A stretch of DNA of 64,000 nucleotides from Candidatus Woykebacteria bacterium RBG_13_40_15 (GCA_001816655.1 MHCP01000025.1:78428-142427); one strand, 5' to 3'; positions 9,069 through 17,521 are shown, numbered from the stretch's first letter. The notes: a model not told the origin generated them from the sequence alone. Translations and numbers: made by a program.

Positions 9069-9383
9069 TTAAGAAAGCCGCTCGTTCAGACTGTCAATTG
9101 CTACGGAGATGGCCGCATGGCGGTAATCCAGTTGCTCTAGCTCCTGAATTACCCAAGGCAATGCTTCCTCTAGGATAATCATTGCCTCCAGAGTCCGAAG
9201 CTGACTGCATAGGCCTCCGATTTCCTGCAGTCTGCCTCTTTCCAATTCCTCAGCAGACATGAATCTTCCGCCGCTCCTGACCCCACCTCTTGCCATAGCG
9301 GGCTCAATTCCCTTCAGGTTCTCGCAGTGCGTTTTTATAGAGGTTATTACTGCCTCGTGTGCAGGTTTTAGTTCTTTTGGCAT
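9069..9383 (-). CDS. GC-rich orphan protein
   Basis: SD GGGAGGTG; own TTGACA/TATAAT promoter. Confidence 0.7.
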   Translation of the reverse strand: MPKELKPAHEAVITSIKTHCENLKGIEPAMARGGVRSGGRFMSAEELERGRLQEIGGLCSQLRTLEAMIILEEALPWVIQELEQLDYRHAAISVAIDSLNERLS

Positions 9384-9528
9384 CTCTCACCTCCCTTTCT
9401 TGATTGCTAGATTATATCAAACTATGTCAAAGTTGTTTGCAATAGATTGATGCAGCCTTACACCCCTGGGGTGTTTTAGGTTTACACCTGCGGTCGTTTA
9501 TATTATTTTTGATTTGTAGTGATGATTA

Positions 9529-9576
9529 CAAGGACGGGCCTTGCAAGCTGACAAGCTCATAAATGAAAAAGGAGTA
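9529..9576 (+). repeat. R2 repeat copy 1
   Basis: 35 bp identical to 12550-12584 (CAAGGACGGGCCTTGCAAGCTGACAAGCTCATAAA). Confidence 0.9.
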
Positions 9577-9606
9577 ATTCGTGCGTCAACCCCGCGGGTT
9601 GGAAGC

Positions 9607-9640
9607 TAAATAGACAACGAAGGGGTTGGTTGTTTAAGGG
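9607..9640 (+). repeat. R3 site copy 1
   Basis: TAAATAGACAACGAAGGGGTTGGTTGTTTAAGGG; similar to 10750 and 11441. Confidence 0.8.
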
Positions 9641-9671
9641 ATCAAATCCTCTGTAATACCTGTAAAAGCAC

Positions 9672-9708
9672 TTGAAAATCGTCTAAAAATCGTCTAAAAT
9701 TAGTCTAA
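9672..9708 (+). promoter_or_regulatory. Fic promoter with 3x 11-bp direct-repeat operator
   Basis: TTGAAA-17-TAAAAT overlapped by AAAATCGTCTA x2 plus AAATTAGTCTA. Confidence 0.65.
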
Positions 9709-9709
9709 T

Positions 9710-10747
9710 ATGTTTAATCCTCACTACACTATCACAAACCAGATTTTGGCAAATATCAAAAGGATTGCCGATTTAATAAACGAGTTGAACCATAGGCGCT
9801 TCCCTCATGTCGTTTTGGTTGAGTTGGAGAAAACCGCAAGAGCAGTTTCTACCTATGCCTCAACCAGCATTGAAGGAAATCCTCTCCCCTTAACTGAAGT
9901 TAAAAAAATTCTCAAATCAAAACCATCTCATGTTCGAGAGAGTGAAAAAGAGGTTTTAAATTATAACCAAGCATTACAAGATCTAAACAAAAAACTTGAA
10001 GAAGGTAAAGTTAAATTGTCCCTTGATTTAATATTAAAGATCCAAAAACAGGTGACTGAGGGTCTCTTACCACCTTTTGAGTCTGGACTTTTAAGGCAAA
10101 AACCTGTTGTAATAAACGACCCACGGACCAAACAAGTTAAGTTTCTACCTCCTGATATAAAAGATGTAGAACCTTTTTTAAAAGATTTAATAGGATTTGT
10201 AAACGCTAGCAGAGATAAAATCGATCCACTTATTTTAGCCGGTATATTTCATAAACAAATGGTAATAATCCATCCATTCACAGATGGTAACGGCAGAACT
10301 ACTCGTCTTGCAACAAAAGTACTTCTAGCTGAAATGGGATTAAATACCTTTAATCTGTTTAGCTTCGAGAATTACTACAACAGAAACGTTACAAGGTATT
10401 TTCAGACTGTCGGAGAGTTTGGAAACTACTATGATTTACTTGATAAGATCGATTTTACACCTTGGCTTGAGTATTTTACTGAAGGAATCATAGACGAGCT
10501 CCTCCGAATACAAAAACTCCTTCCGGAGGTTGGGATAAGCCCTGAAACGAAGCTTCAAACCTACCACCTAAAGATACTTGGTTTTATTGGAGAAAAAGGG
10601 TTTATTACTGACAGCGATTATGCACAATTGGGCACCCGTGCAAAAGCCACAAGAGCACTTGACTTTCAAAAACTACTGGAGCTTGGTTTAATCGAAAGAA
10701 AAGGAAAAGGCAAGGCAACTTACTATATTTTAAGAGAGAAACAATAA
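9710..10747 (+). CDS. Fic family protein with C-terminal wHTH
   Basis: HPFTDGNGRTTR; STSIEGN inhibitory-type motif; HTH-like C-terminus. Confidence 0.95.
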   Translation: MFNPHYTITNQILANIKRIADLINELNHRRFPHVVLVELEKTARAVSTYASTSIEGNPLPLTEVKKILKSKPSHVRESEKEVLNYNQALQDLNKKLEEGKVKLSLDLILKIQKQVTEGLLPPFESGLLRQKPVVINDPRTKQVKFLPPDIKDVEPFLKDLIGFVNASRDKIDPLILAGIFHKQMVIIHPFTDGNGRTTRLATKVLLAEMGLNTFNLFSFENYYNRNVTRYFQTVGEFGNYYDLLDKIDFTPWLEYFTEGIIDELLRIQKLLPEVGISPETKLQTYHLKILGFIGEKGFITDSDYAQLGTRAKATRALDFQKLLELGLIERKGKGKATYYILREKQ

Positions 10748-10749
10748 GT

Positions 10750-10784
10750 CTGTAAATAAACAATGAGGGGGGGGGGTGGTTGTT
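10750..10784 (+). repeat. R3 site copy 2
   Basis: CTGTAAATAAACAATGAG(G)nTGGTTGTT. Confidence 0.8.
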
Positions 10785-10850
10785 GATTGACATAGCTAGG
10801 TATTATATACTTATAAATGTATTGTCCAAAATAGTTAAAGAGATACTGAC

Positions 10851-11171
10851 ATGAAACAGATAAATCGACTACCAAAACTTCCAAAAAAAATATTAGTTGA
10901 GATAAAAAAGGCTGATTCTGGAGATTTTTTAGCTTATATCCCCGAGTTTGACATTTTCACTGAGGCTGATAATCCCGCACACTTGATTCTCCAAGTTAAT
11001 GATTTGATATATGCTTACTTTGACGTCCCTAAAAAATATCAAGCACAACTTCATTTTTTCCCTCCGTTAGAAGTCTTGGAGGATTTGTGGGGTATTAGAG
11101 AGGTAAAACTACCAAAAGTCCAATTTAGCTCCTTCTACACCCCAAACAGCCACCTGCTCCAGTGCGTATGA
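10851..11171 (+). CDS. HicB-like antitoxin
   Basis: G.FLAYIPEFDIFTEAD...VNDLI resembles the HicB N-terminal fold. Confidence 0.6.
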   Translation: MKQINRLPKLPKKILVEIKKADSGDFLAYIPEFDIFTEADNPAHLILQVNDLIYAYFDVPKKYQAQLHFFPPLEVLEDLWGIREVKLPKVQFSSFYTPNSHLLQCV

Positions 11172-11410
11172 AATCATTTGGCTCCAAAGACTTAATCAGA
11201 TGTTTGCTTTGTTTAAAGTTTAAAGAAGGCAAACAGGTAGCGTCATCTCACATAAAATACCATTGTCCTAAGAAAGCAGCTGTTGGAACCCGCCCATTCA
11301 TAACCGTTATTCTAGGTAGAAAAACGTATGATCCGGTAACTAGGGGTAGATATTTGAACCAAATGAAAAAACTGGGATACTCTCTTGAAGAAATAAAAAA
11401 GTGTATGTAG
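11168..11410 (+). CDS. HicA-like toxin
   Basis: Basic 80-aa protein; SSHIKY (GSH-like motif); coupled to the upstream gene. Confidence 0.6.
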   Translation: MKSFGSKDLIRCLLCLKFKEGKQVASSHIKYHCPKKAAVGTRPFITVILGRKTYDPVTRGRYLNQMKKLGYSLEEIKKCM

Positions 11411-11440
11411 CTACTGTGTTTTAACAGAAAAAATTTTTCG

Positions 11441-11477
11441 CTGTAAATAAACAATGAGGGGGTTGGTTGTTTAAGGA
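11441..11477 (+). repeat. R3 site copy 3
   Basis: CTGTAAATAAACAATGAGGGGGTTGGTTGTTTAAGGA. Confidence 0.8.
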
Positions 11478-11530
11478 AATTTTGCCAACGAAAAAGGGGC
11501 ACTCCTTGGTTGATGAGTACCCCTGTTCGT

Positions 11531-11812
11531 CTACTCCCCTTCGGCTGCCGATGATCTCTGTGAGATGTCTTCTCTTTTACGAAAGGCCTTCTCGATTTCG
11601 CTTCTTGCAACCCTCTCCCAGCGCTTAATCACGAAGGGTGTGATTATACCGAGTATCAGGACTACAACCAGCAAGACTAGTCCTACATGTGGCCGGAGGA
11701 ATAGGACAATCAATGTCCCGATTACGCTGCTGCATGTGCTAAAGAGCCAGAAACCCGTTAGCCTTTCTCTCGTTTGGGTTACCCTCTCTTCTTCTTTTCT
11801 CCTTGTCGTCAT
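11531..11812 (-). CDS. orphan 2-TM membrane protein
   Basis: MTTRRKEEER...; SD GAGGGAG; hairpin at 11496-11523. Confidence 0.6.
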   Translation of the reverse strand: MTTRRKEEERVTQTRERLTGFWLFSTCSSVIGTLIVLFLRPHVGLVLLVVVLILGIITPFVIKRWERVARSEIEKAFRKREDISQRSSAAEGE

Positions 11813-11853
11813 TGTGGTTCTCCCTCTCCGCTTTCCCGACTCCTGTCCGCGTG

Positions 11854-12387
11854 TTACTGAGAGTGCTTTCTCCCAAAGAGGAGACGGGCGCCCAAGATAA
11901 CAAGAATAAGATGGGCAAGAATTGTTCCCTTTACTCCTCTGAATTGGGCTTCTCGTGCTTCCGGTTGCGGTGCCTCTGTTTGCAGGAGTTGCAATTGAGC
12001 TGCATCTACCATCACCGCTCTTACTGCTGTGCCCAAGGCGAGTCGGTAGACACAACCTCCCCCCACTACTACACAGACGACCGCTGCCAGCAAAAGCGCA
12101 GCCCCAAGGGAGTTCCCGGGATTGACGTGATTCTCGGAATCGAGAATCGTAAAGCCGAAGACCGTCAAGGCTAATGTTGCTGCGATTGTAAGCGAAATAA
12201 TGATAGGCAGGATTTTCCATTCGCGTCCGCCGCCTATATGCTCTTCATCTTCGGCTAACTGTTTGGCTAGACGAAGACGATCCGAGATTGGCAATTTCGA
12301 TGCCCCGACGATTGCCCTACTAAGTAGGGTTAGTCGGTCTAGGACCTCTGCCAACTCGATTTCATCCGAGTCCCTGGCGTTAACCAT
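11854..12387 (-). CDS. orphan membrane protein
   Basis: SD GAAAGGA; 2-3 hydrophobic segments. Confidence 0.65.
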   Translation of the reverse strand: MVNARDSDEIELAEVLDRLTLLSRAIVGASKLPISDRLRLAKQLAEDEEHIGGGREWKILPIIISLTIAATLALTVFGFTILDSENHVNPGNSLGAALLLAAVVCVVVGGGCVYRLALGTAVRAVMVDAAQLQLLQTEAPQPEAREAQFRGVKGTILAHLILVILGARLLFGRKHSQ

Positions 12388-12549
12388 GGGATCACTTCCT
12401 TTCGCTACTGACTATTTCCTCTCCCTTTTCTTGAGTTATTTGCTGGATTTAATTGTGCTGTTTTTGATTGTAGCACAAGGATTTATTTTTTGGAAGTTAA
12501 GCGCTTATTGTGAGTTGGTTAGGGGTTGAACTCATAAATTTTATAACTG

Positions 12550-12596
12550 CAAGGACGGGCCTTGCAAGCTGACAAGCTCATAAAAGAAAAGGAGTA
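12550..12596 (+). repeat. R2 repeat copy 2
   Basis: Core identical to 9529; TGCAAGG-ACGGG-CCTTGCA hairpin. Confidence 0.9.
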
Positions 12597-12640
12597 CCCC
12601 ACCACCTGTGTTTGGTAAGGTACTCCTCGCGTTCTCTCTC

Positions 12641-12817
12641 CTAGCTTCCTTGGTATTCTGGTCGGATTGCTATTATGAGCAGAACGGCCAGAACAGCGAT
12701 AATGACTACACTAAACACTGCAATCAGGGGAGGAAGAAAACAAACGGTCAAGCTGCTTAGAACGCCAGCAGAAAGACCTATCCTTATTAGTTTTATTTTC
12801 CACTGGATGTATTTCAC
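12641..12817 (-). CDS. small hydrophobic orphan (58 aa, below ORF track cutoff)
   Basis: GTG start with SD GGGAGG; two hydrophobic stretches; hairpin at 12591-12627. Confidence 0.55.
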   Translation of the reverse strand: MKYIQWKIKLIRIGLSAGVLSSLTVCFLPPLIAVFSVVIIAVLAVLLIIAIRPEYQGS

Positions 12818-12904
12818 TTCCCTCCCCCTTCCTTGTGAGATATCAGCAGACCGATGGCTGCAAAAGCGGCGAAGAGTAAGACCGCTACTTGGTCTCGTCT
12901 TTTC

Positions 12905-13198
12905 TTACTTGCCGAAAGGGCCGAAGGAACATAGAGTCGGCAGGCTCCCTAAGGTCGTCGTTGTGGCTTCGGCTTTTCCGCATGCTTCCACCCGCGTGTT
13001 GGTTACCAGTTGATAACCACCGAAGACAAGCACTCCGGCTACTAGGATTACTCCTAGGTACCGAGTACCCTTCCTAGCCTTTTCGAAAAAGGCCTTCAGG
13101 CGCGGGCCGAAAGCCAGACCCAAACCGAGTAGTGCTACCAATCCAAAAAAGACCAGCAGCGTTAGGTTGCAGGAGTTGATTGCGATTGTTAAGAGCAT
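12905..13198 (-). CDS. orphan 2-TM membrane protein
   Basis: SD AAAGGAG; TTGACT promoter near 13286. Confidence 0.65.
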   Translation of the reverse strand: MLLTIAINSCNLTLLVFFGLVALLGLGLAFGPRLKAFFEKARKGTRYLGVILVAGVLVFGGYQLVTNTRVEACGKAEATTTTLGSLPTLCSFGPFGK

Positions 13199-13364
13199 CG
13201 ATCTCTCCTTTCGATTTTTTGCTCTTTTCTAGAACCTGCCTGCTTGTAATTGTTACTAGTTTAAAATTATAGGGTGTAAAAGTCAATAGGTTTAGGGTCT
13301 ATGCTCTAAAATTGAGGCTAAAAAATGCTGTGGTCAATAACAAGGATCGGATTTTCTTCAAAAA

Positions 13365-13640
13365 AGGAAAAGGCAGACCAAAAAGATGCTTCATGCGAAT
13401 GCATCCGGCCTGCCCATCAGTCCGTGGGTGCTGGCTCTCTCTGTTGCGGTCCCTGATAAAGCTGGACTGCGCCTTATCTTCCACCGCGAGCGGACACCGC
13501 AGGTTTCGCGCGTAGCGGACGATCGCCTCTCTACTTCTAAGTAAGAGGCACAAATCGCTGGGCCCCTAGCAGTTAACTGCATCTGCAGATCGGTAGAGAA
13601 TACCGCTGCGTTGACCCATTTGCGCCGCGTTGTGCGAAGC
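13365..13640 (-). ncRNA. candidate structured ncRNA A
   Basis: Near-consensus promoter, GC-rich, several hairpins, U-rich end, no SD-led ORF. Confidence 0.6.
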
Positions 13641-13646
13641 CAGGCA

Positions 13647-13675
13647 AGTATAACAAAGAAAAGTAGGAAAGTCAA
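13647..13675 (-). promoter_or_regulatory. sigma70 promoter
   Basis: TTGACT-17-TATACT with TGn extension. Confidence 0.75.
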
Positions 13676-13678
13676 TAC

Positions 13679-14020
13679 TATGGGGTGCTGAGGTTGATTG
13701 GTGCACTGTATTAGATTTTACTTTAAGACTTTTTAACTGGCAAAAAGTATAAAAACCAAACAAACCAGAGTAACCAGAGTAAATCCTTCCAGTCTTGGGT
13801 TAAAATTCCTGGGATGCCCAAAAAACCGATAAATCCTAAAAAACCAAGTGTCCAGGTTTTTTTCATAATTTTATTATACACCGAGTTCCGAATCATGAGT
13901 GATGCTTGTCCTGAGCTAGTTCACACTGAGCTGAGTTTATCCTGAGCAGCTCGCAATGAACTCGCTGTGAACTGAAGTGAAGGGAAGTGAAGTAGGAGAA
14001 CTTTTAGTGCCTATATTTGA
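13679..14020 (+). repeat. R1 site copy c, split by a small gene and nested REP-like DNA
   Basis: Left half TATGGGGTGCTGAGGTTGATTGGTGCACTGTATTA; right half GAACTTTTAGTGCCTATATTTGA. Confidence 0.65.
13723..13866 (-). CDS. 47-aa membrane peptide (GFLGFIGFLG repeat)
   Basis: Manual translation MKKTWTLGFLGFIGFLGIPG...; TATAAT 6 nt upstream (leaderless). Confidence 0.65.
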   Translation of the reverse strand: MKKTWTLGFLGFIGFLGIPGILTQDWKDLLWLLWFVWFLYFLPVKKS

Positions 14021-14076
14021 ACAAAAGAAAACGGCGATAAGTTTCCCTATCGCCGCATTCAGAATGTAACAATCCC

Positions 14077-14415
14077 TCAGTCCAGAGCCTCCCGATCACT
14101 GATAGAACGAACCAAGGGCCTGCCAAGGCGCGATGCCAGCACCATTTCGTGGGCAACAAAGCTGCCCATCGTCTCGATTAGGTCTATTGCTAATCGGCCT
14201 CTTGCTTCCGGGCTCTTGCATCTGCAGCTACAGATGATTGCTAGAAGAGCCAGATCCTCGGCCATTTGCCCTGCTCTCTCAGGGGCTATCGGTTCACCAT
14301 GGTTCAGAAACGATTCCCTCCGGGCCTCTTCGAGCAGCTCTCTTGCTATCGATATTATCTCCTGCTCGTCTTCACTTCTCTGAGCTTTGAGGCCCCTTCT
14401 GCCTCCATATCCCAT
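14077..14415 (-). CDS. orphan protein
   Basis: SD AAGGAG; hairpin at about 14032-14056. Confidence 0.65.
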   Translation of the reverse strand: MGYGGRRGLKAQRSEDEQEIISIARELLEEARRESFLNHGEPIAPERAGQMAEDLALLAIICSCRCKSPEARGRLAIDLIETMGSFVAHEMVLASRLGRPLVRSISDREALD

Positions 14416-14457
14416 GGCAGTCTCCTTCTTTCTACTGGCGTTAGAATTACAAGTTGT

Positions 14458-14892
14458 TCAGCCCGCAGCAACCTTTGGTTTTACGCGTTTTAGATGAACT
14501 GGATGTATAAACCAGCTCATTGACCGAGCAAGGAAAACACACTTCTCGTCCTCTTTCCCGAAATCTACCAACACGTAGGTGGGGAAGATGGTTTCATTTT
14601 CCCTGACCATCATAGTCCATTCGGAAAACTCTCCGATAAGGCGGACATCATCACCGTGGTAGTACTGATGAAATGGGTCGCCCCAAGACTCCACTCCGTG
14701 GCGGTCGGGTGGTTCACTTGCAGGCTTCAGGCCAGATTTTTGCATGTAGATAGGTAAGCCGTCTGTACGGCCATCCGCATCATATGCCAGGACAGCCACC
14801 AAGCTGCCTTGGTCCGCCTCCACACGAAGGGTGGCATCCTGAAGGCGATCTATGAGCCTGAACAACTCTACTTTCGTGGGTTGATTCCGCAT
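14458..14892 (-). CDS. orphan protein
   Basis: SD GGGAGG; 144 aa. Confidence 0.65.
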   Translation of the reverse strand: MRNQPTKVELFRLIDRLQDATLRVEADQGSLVAVLAYDADGRTDGLPIYMQKSGLKPASEPPDRHGVESWGDPFHQYYHGDDVRLIGEFSEWTMMVRENETIFPTYVLVDFGKEDEKCVFLARSMSWFIHPVHLKRVKPKVAAG

Positions 14893-14966
14893 TACTTGCT
14901 CCCTCCCTTCCTTGTGTACTATTAGCTGTTTCCCTACGAACTGCTGGCACAGTTTCTATACGCTAG

Positions 14967-15326
14967 CTACCTGACAGTTTTAACTTTCCATATACCAGAT
15001 CCTCTCGATGATGGTGCGACCAACAGGTCCCCACTTATAAGTGGCCTTGGTCGTAACCTGTTTGATATGTGTGTCTTAGGGCAGGCTAATCGAAACGAGT
15101 TCTCATTTCGTCTAGCTCGATATCCACAACCAATGTCAGTGTACACTTCCCGACCATCGGTTATCTCCGCGAGCTTACTAGAAGTAATCTCGGTATCTCT
15201 AGGTATTCTCGCAAGATTGCCGTACGTATAGTCAAAATCCCACTCTGTCAAAAGAATGGTAACCGGGTTTCTACTGGCCGTTTGTTGGGTTTTTTTGGCA
15301 AACCGCCCAAAGATCCTAGATAGCAC
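14967..15326 (-). CDS. orphan protein
   Basis: SD AAAGGAG; promoter TTGATT...TATAAT at about 15402-15429. Confidence 0.65.
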   Translation of the reverse strand: MLSRIFGRFAKKTQQTASRNPVTILLTEWDFDYTYGNLARIPRDTEITSSKLAEITDGREVYTDIGCGYRARRNENSFRLACPKTHISNRLRPRPLISGDLLVAPSSRGSGIWKVKTVR

Positions 15327-15433
15327 AATCGTCTCCTTTCGAGTGTTAGAAATCTTTCTCCCAAAGCCGTCTAGGAACCTATTTAACTGTTAACGCAGAT
15401 GATTATACCAGAAAGGAATATAAAATCAAGTAC

Positions 15434-15511
15434 TATGGGGTGCTAGGGTCGTCTAGTGTACGACGTTACTTGTCCTTCGTAGCTTTAGCGAAGTAGGAGA
15501 ATCTTTTGTGC
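15434..15511 (+). repeat. R1 site copy d with a 30-bp palindromic insert
   Basis: TCGTCTAGTGTACGACGTTA[CTTGTCCTTCGTAGCTTTAGCGAAGTAGGA]GAATCTTTTGTGC. Confidence 0.85.
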
Positions 15512-15559
15512 AACAGCGCGACTGTTGACAGCTGTACACAAAAATGTAATACTGGCACT

Positions 15560-15832
15560 ATGTCTACAAAAACATTACCTGTTACCGAAGCTAGGAAGAA
15601 TTTAACAGATTTAGTGGGCAAGGCCTCAAGTCAATTGGATGAATATGTTATTACCGTGAAAGGCAAACCAAAAGCAGTTCTGATAAGCGCTGTTGAATTT
15701 GAAGGATGGAAAGAAACAAATGAAATTTTATCCAATCCAAAACTCGTCAAAGCTATACATGAAGGTGAGGAAGACATAAAAGCTGGTAGGATTGTAACCC
15801 TCGAAGGCCTCAAAAAAGAGTTTCATGTATAA
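15560..15832 (+). CDS. Phd/YefM family antitoxin
   Basis: TEARKNL...ITVKGKPKAVLIS...ET.EIL motif. Confidence 0.93.
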   Translation: MSTKTLPVTEARKNLTDLVGKASSQLDEYVITVKGKPKAVLISAVEFEGWKETNEILSNPKLVKAIHEGEEDIKAGRIVTLEGLKKEFHV

Positions 15833-16082
15833 ACTAATTCTTTCTGCAAGAACAAGAAAAGAATTAAAAAAAGTTCCCAAACAACATAGAGAAGCAATAC
15901 TTCTAGCATTAGATGAAGTTAAAAACGATCCTTTTGAGGGAAAACCTTTATCCCGAGAACTTATCGGTAGATTTAGCTACCGAGTTGGGGTCTATAGAGT
16001 TATTTACCAAGTGAATAAACAAAACCAAACTATTTATATTTCAACTGCCGCTCATAGAGGAAAGGTTTATAAAAGAAAGTAG
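15825..16082 (+). CDS. RelE/ParE family toxin
   Basis: GKPL...SYRVGVYRVIY...HR motif; overlaps the antitoxin. Confidence 0.93.
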   Translation: MYKLILSARTRKELKKVPKQHREAILLALDEVKNDPFEGKPLSRELIGRFSYRVGVYRVIYQVNKQNQTIYISTAAHRGKVYKRK

Positions 16083-16097
16083 TTAAAATCATTGGTT

Positions 16098-16140
16098 TCG
16101 TCTAATGTACGACGTTAGAATCTTTTGTGCGTATATTTAA
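16098..16140 (+). repeat. R1 site copy e (uninterrupted)
   Basis: TCGTCTAATGTACGACGTTAGAATCTTTTGTGCGTATATTTAA. Confidence 0.85.
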
Positions 16141-16236
16141 AAATAGCTACTTAGCTTATCAGAATCTTAATTAATGAGTGGCTCTCTCCTTTCTCCATGA
16201 GAGTTCCACTCGGTAACAGGCTGATGCTTTGTCTGC

Positions 16237-16695
16237 TTAATCGGTTTGGGTAGTGCCCCCTAGATCCACTACTCGGACGAAACCAGTTTCGGAGAACAGT
16301 GTGAGGGGTAGGAGGCTATCGAACGATACCACCTTGAAACCCTCTCGAACCCCGATTGCCTCACCGCCCCAGAGACTAAGACGGACCCGGATCATGATCC
16401 AGCAGTATTCGAAAAGGAACCTTGTCTTTATCTCGAACTCTACTATCCGATCCGCTAACTCCATCTTAGCTTCATACGTGTTCGCTGCCTTGAGGGAACG
16501 TTCCGCCTCGGCGGCCTTCTCAAGGAAGAGAGAAGCGGCAGAAACCACTTCTATCTCATCCTCGATCAGATCGCCGACAATCCTTTCGCCTTGGCGAACG
16601 GGTGTTAGGATCGTGAGAGGCCTCCTTAGTTCCCTTCTCGGCAAGGGAACTGTGAATGGCAGTCTCTTTAGCCAACTACCTCTTCTTGTAGGCAT
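16237..16695 (-). CDS. orphan protein
   Basis: SD AAGGAG; hairpin at 16177-16211. Confidence 0.65.
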   Translation of the reverse strand: MPTRRGSWLKRLPFTVPLPRRELRRPLTILTPVRQGERIVGDLIEDEIEVVSAASLFLEKAAEAERSLKAANTYEAKMELADRIVEFEIKTRFLFEYCWIMIRVRLSLWGGEAIGVREGFKVVSFDSLLPLTLFSETGFVRVVDLGGTTQTD

Positions 16696-16871
16696 AGAAA
16701 ACTCCTTCCTTCTTGCTCGCTCCTTTATTGTTATGGGATTATACCATAGTTATGGAATTTTTACTTTGTGTATTGGCCCAAAAATACTAGAATGACAATA
16801 ATAAAAGAAGAATATGTTAAAATGGTTGTTGTAACAACATAAATTGAAGATAAACACACCTTAAAAAGTGC

Positions 16872-16948
16872 TGGGGTGGGTGAGGGGGTTCGAACCCCCG
16901 ACCTTCCCCTCCACAGGGGGACGCTCTACCGATTGAGCTACACCCACC
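16872..16948 (-). tRNA. tRNA-His(GTG)
   Basis: G-1, C73, loop CTGTGGA, CCA. Confidence 0.95.
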
Positions 16949-16951
16949 AAG

Positions 16952-17419
16952 TTATCCAATAAATCCGTGTTTAAGATAATGGCAGTTTCTGCAAAGTAAG
17001 GCTAAATTAGAAACATCGTTATTCTTTCTATCTCCATCTCTATGATGAACTACCAAGACTCGCTCGTCAGAAAAATTACAACATTCACATTTTAACACTT
17101 TTGAATGGTTAAATAAAACTTTCCTGTAAGAACTAACTCCTGTCCGCCAATTGGGATTATTTATGCTGAATCTTAAATTTTTATTTGCCCAGCTGGCATG
17201 GCAAGAATAGCTACAAAAGAATAAATTACTTTTAGATTTCTTGAATTGAGCTGGGGTTCTGTAAAGTGCATTACCACAATGTGCGCATTTTACAGTCCTT
17301 CCTTTTTTCTGGGCTTCAAACTTACATTTATCCGAGCAAAATTTACCCCACCCAATTTTAATATGTCTCGGCTTCGCATAAAATTTTCCGCTGCAAATTT
17401 TACAATTTAACCAAGGCAT
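16952..17419 (-). CDS. HNH endonuclease with N-terminal Zn-finger repeats
   Basis: CxxC...FCS..C twice; HH.DGDRKNN...NL..LC.NCH. Confidence 0.9.
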   Translation of the reverse strand: MPWLNCKICSGKFYAKPRHIKIGWGKFCSDKCKFEAQKKGRTVKCAHCGNALYRTPAQFKKSKSNLFFCSYSCHASWANKNLRFSINNPNWRTGVSSYRKVLFNHSKVLKCECCNFSDERVLVVHHRDGDRKNNDVSNLALLCRNCHYLKHGFIG

Positions 17420-17521
17420 TTTTAAATTCTAACCCGGAGGTTCACAAAATGTCAATCAAAAAGGTTGTGTTAAAAACGATTGGACACCCATGTTATTTAG
17501 GGAGAGGTCGAAAATATGGAG

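Noticed and set aside
11813-12220. 229-aa ORF 11531-12220 as one gene
   Set aside because: Its 5' part overlaps the SD-led ORF 11854-12387; a separate SD and ATG at 11812 explain the 3' part.
13365-13640. RNase P, tmRNA or SRP identity for RNA A (and RNA B)
   Set aside because: I could not find GAGGAAAGUCC, tRNA-Ala-like ends with a tag ORF, or the SRP helix-8 motif; a divergent 6S RNA is not excluded.
8191-16140. Classical integron
   Set aside because: No intI, and the repeats lack RYYYAAC/GTTRRRY attC ends.
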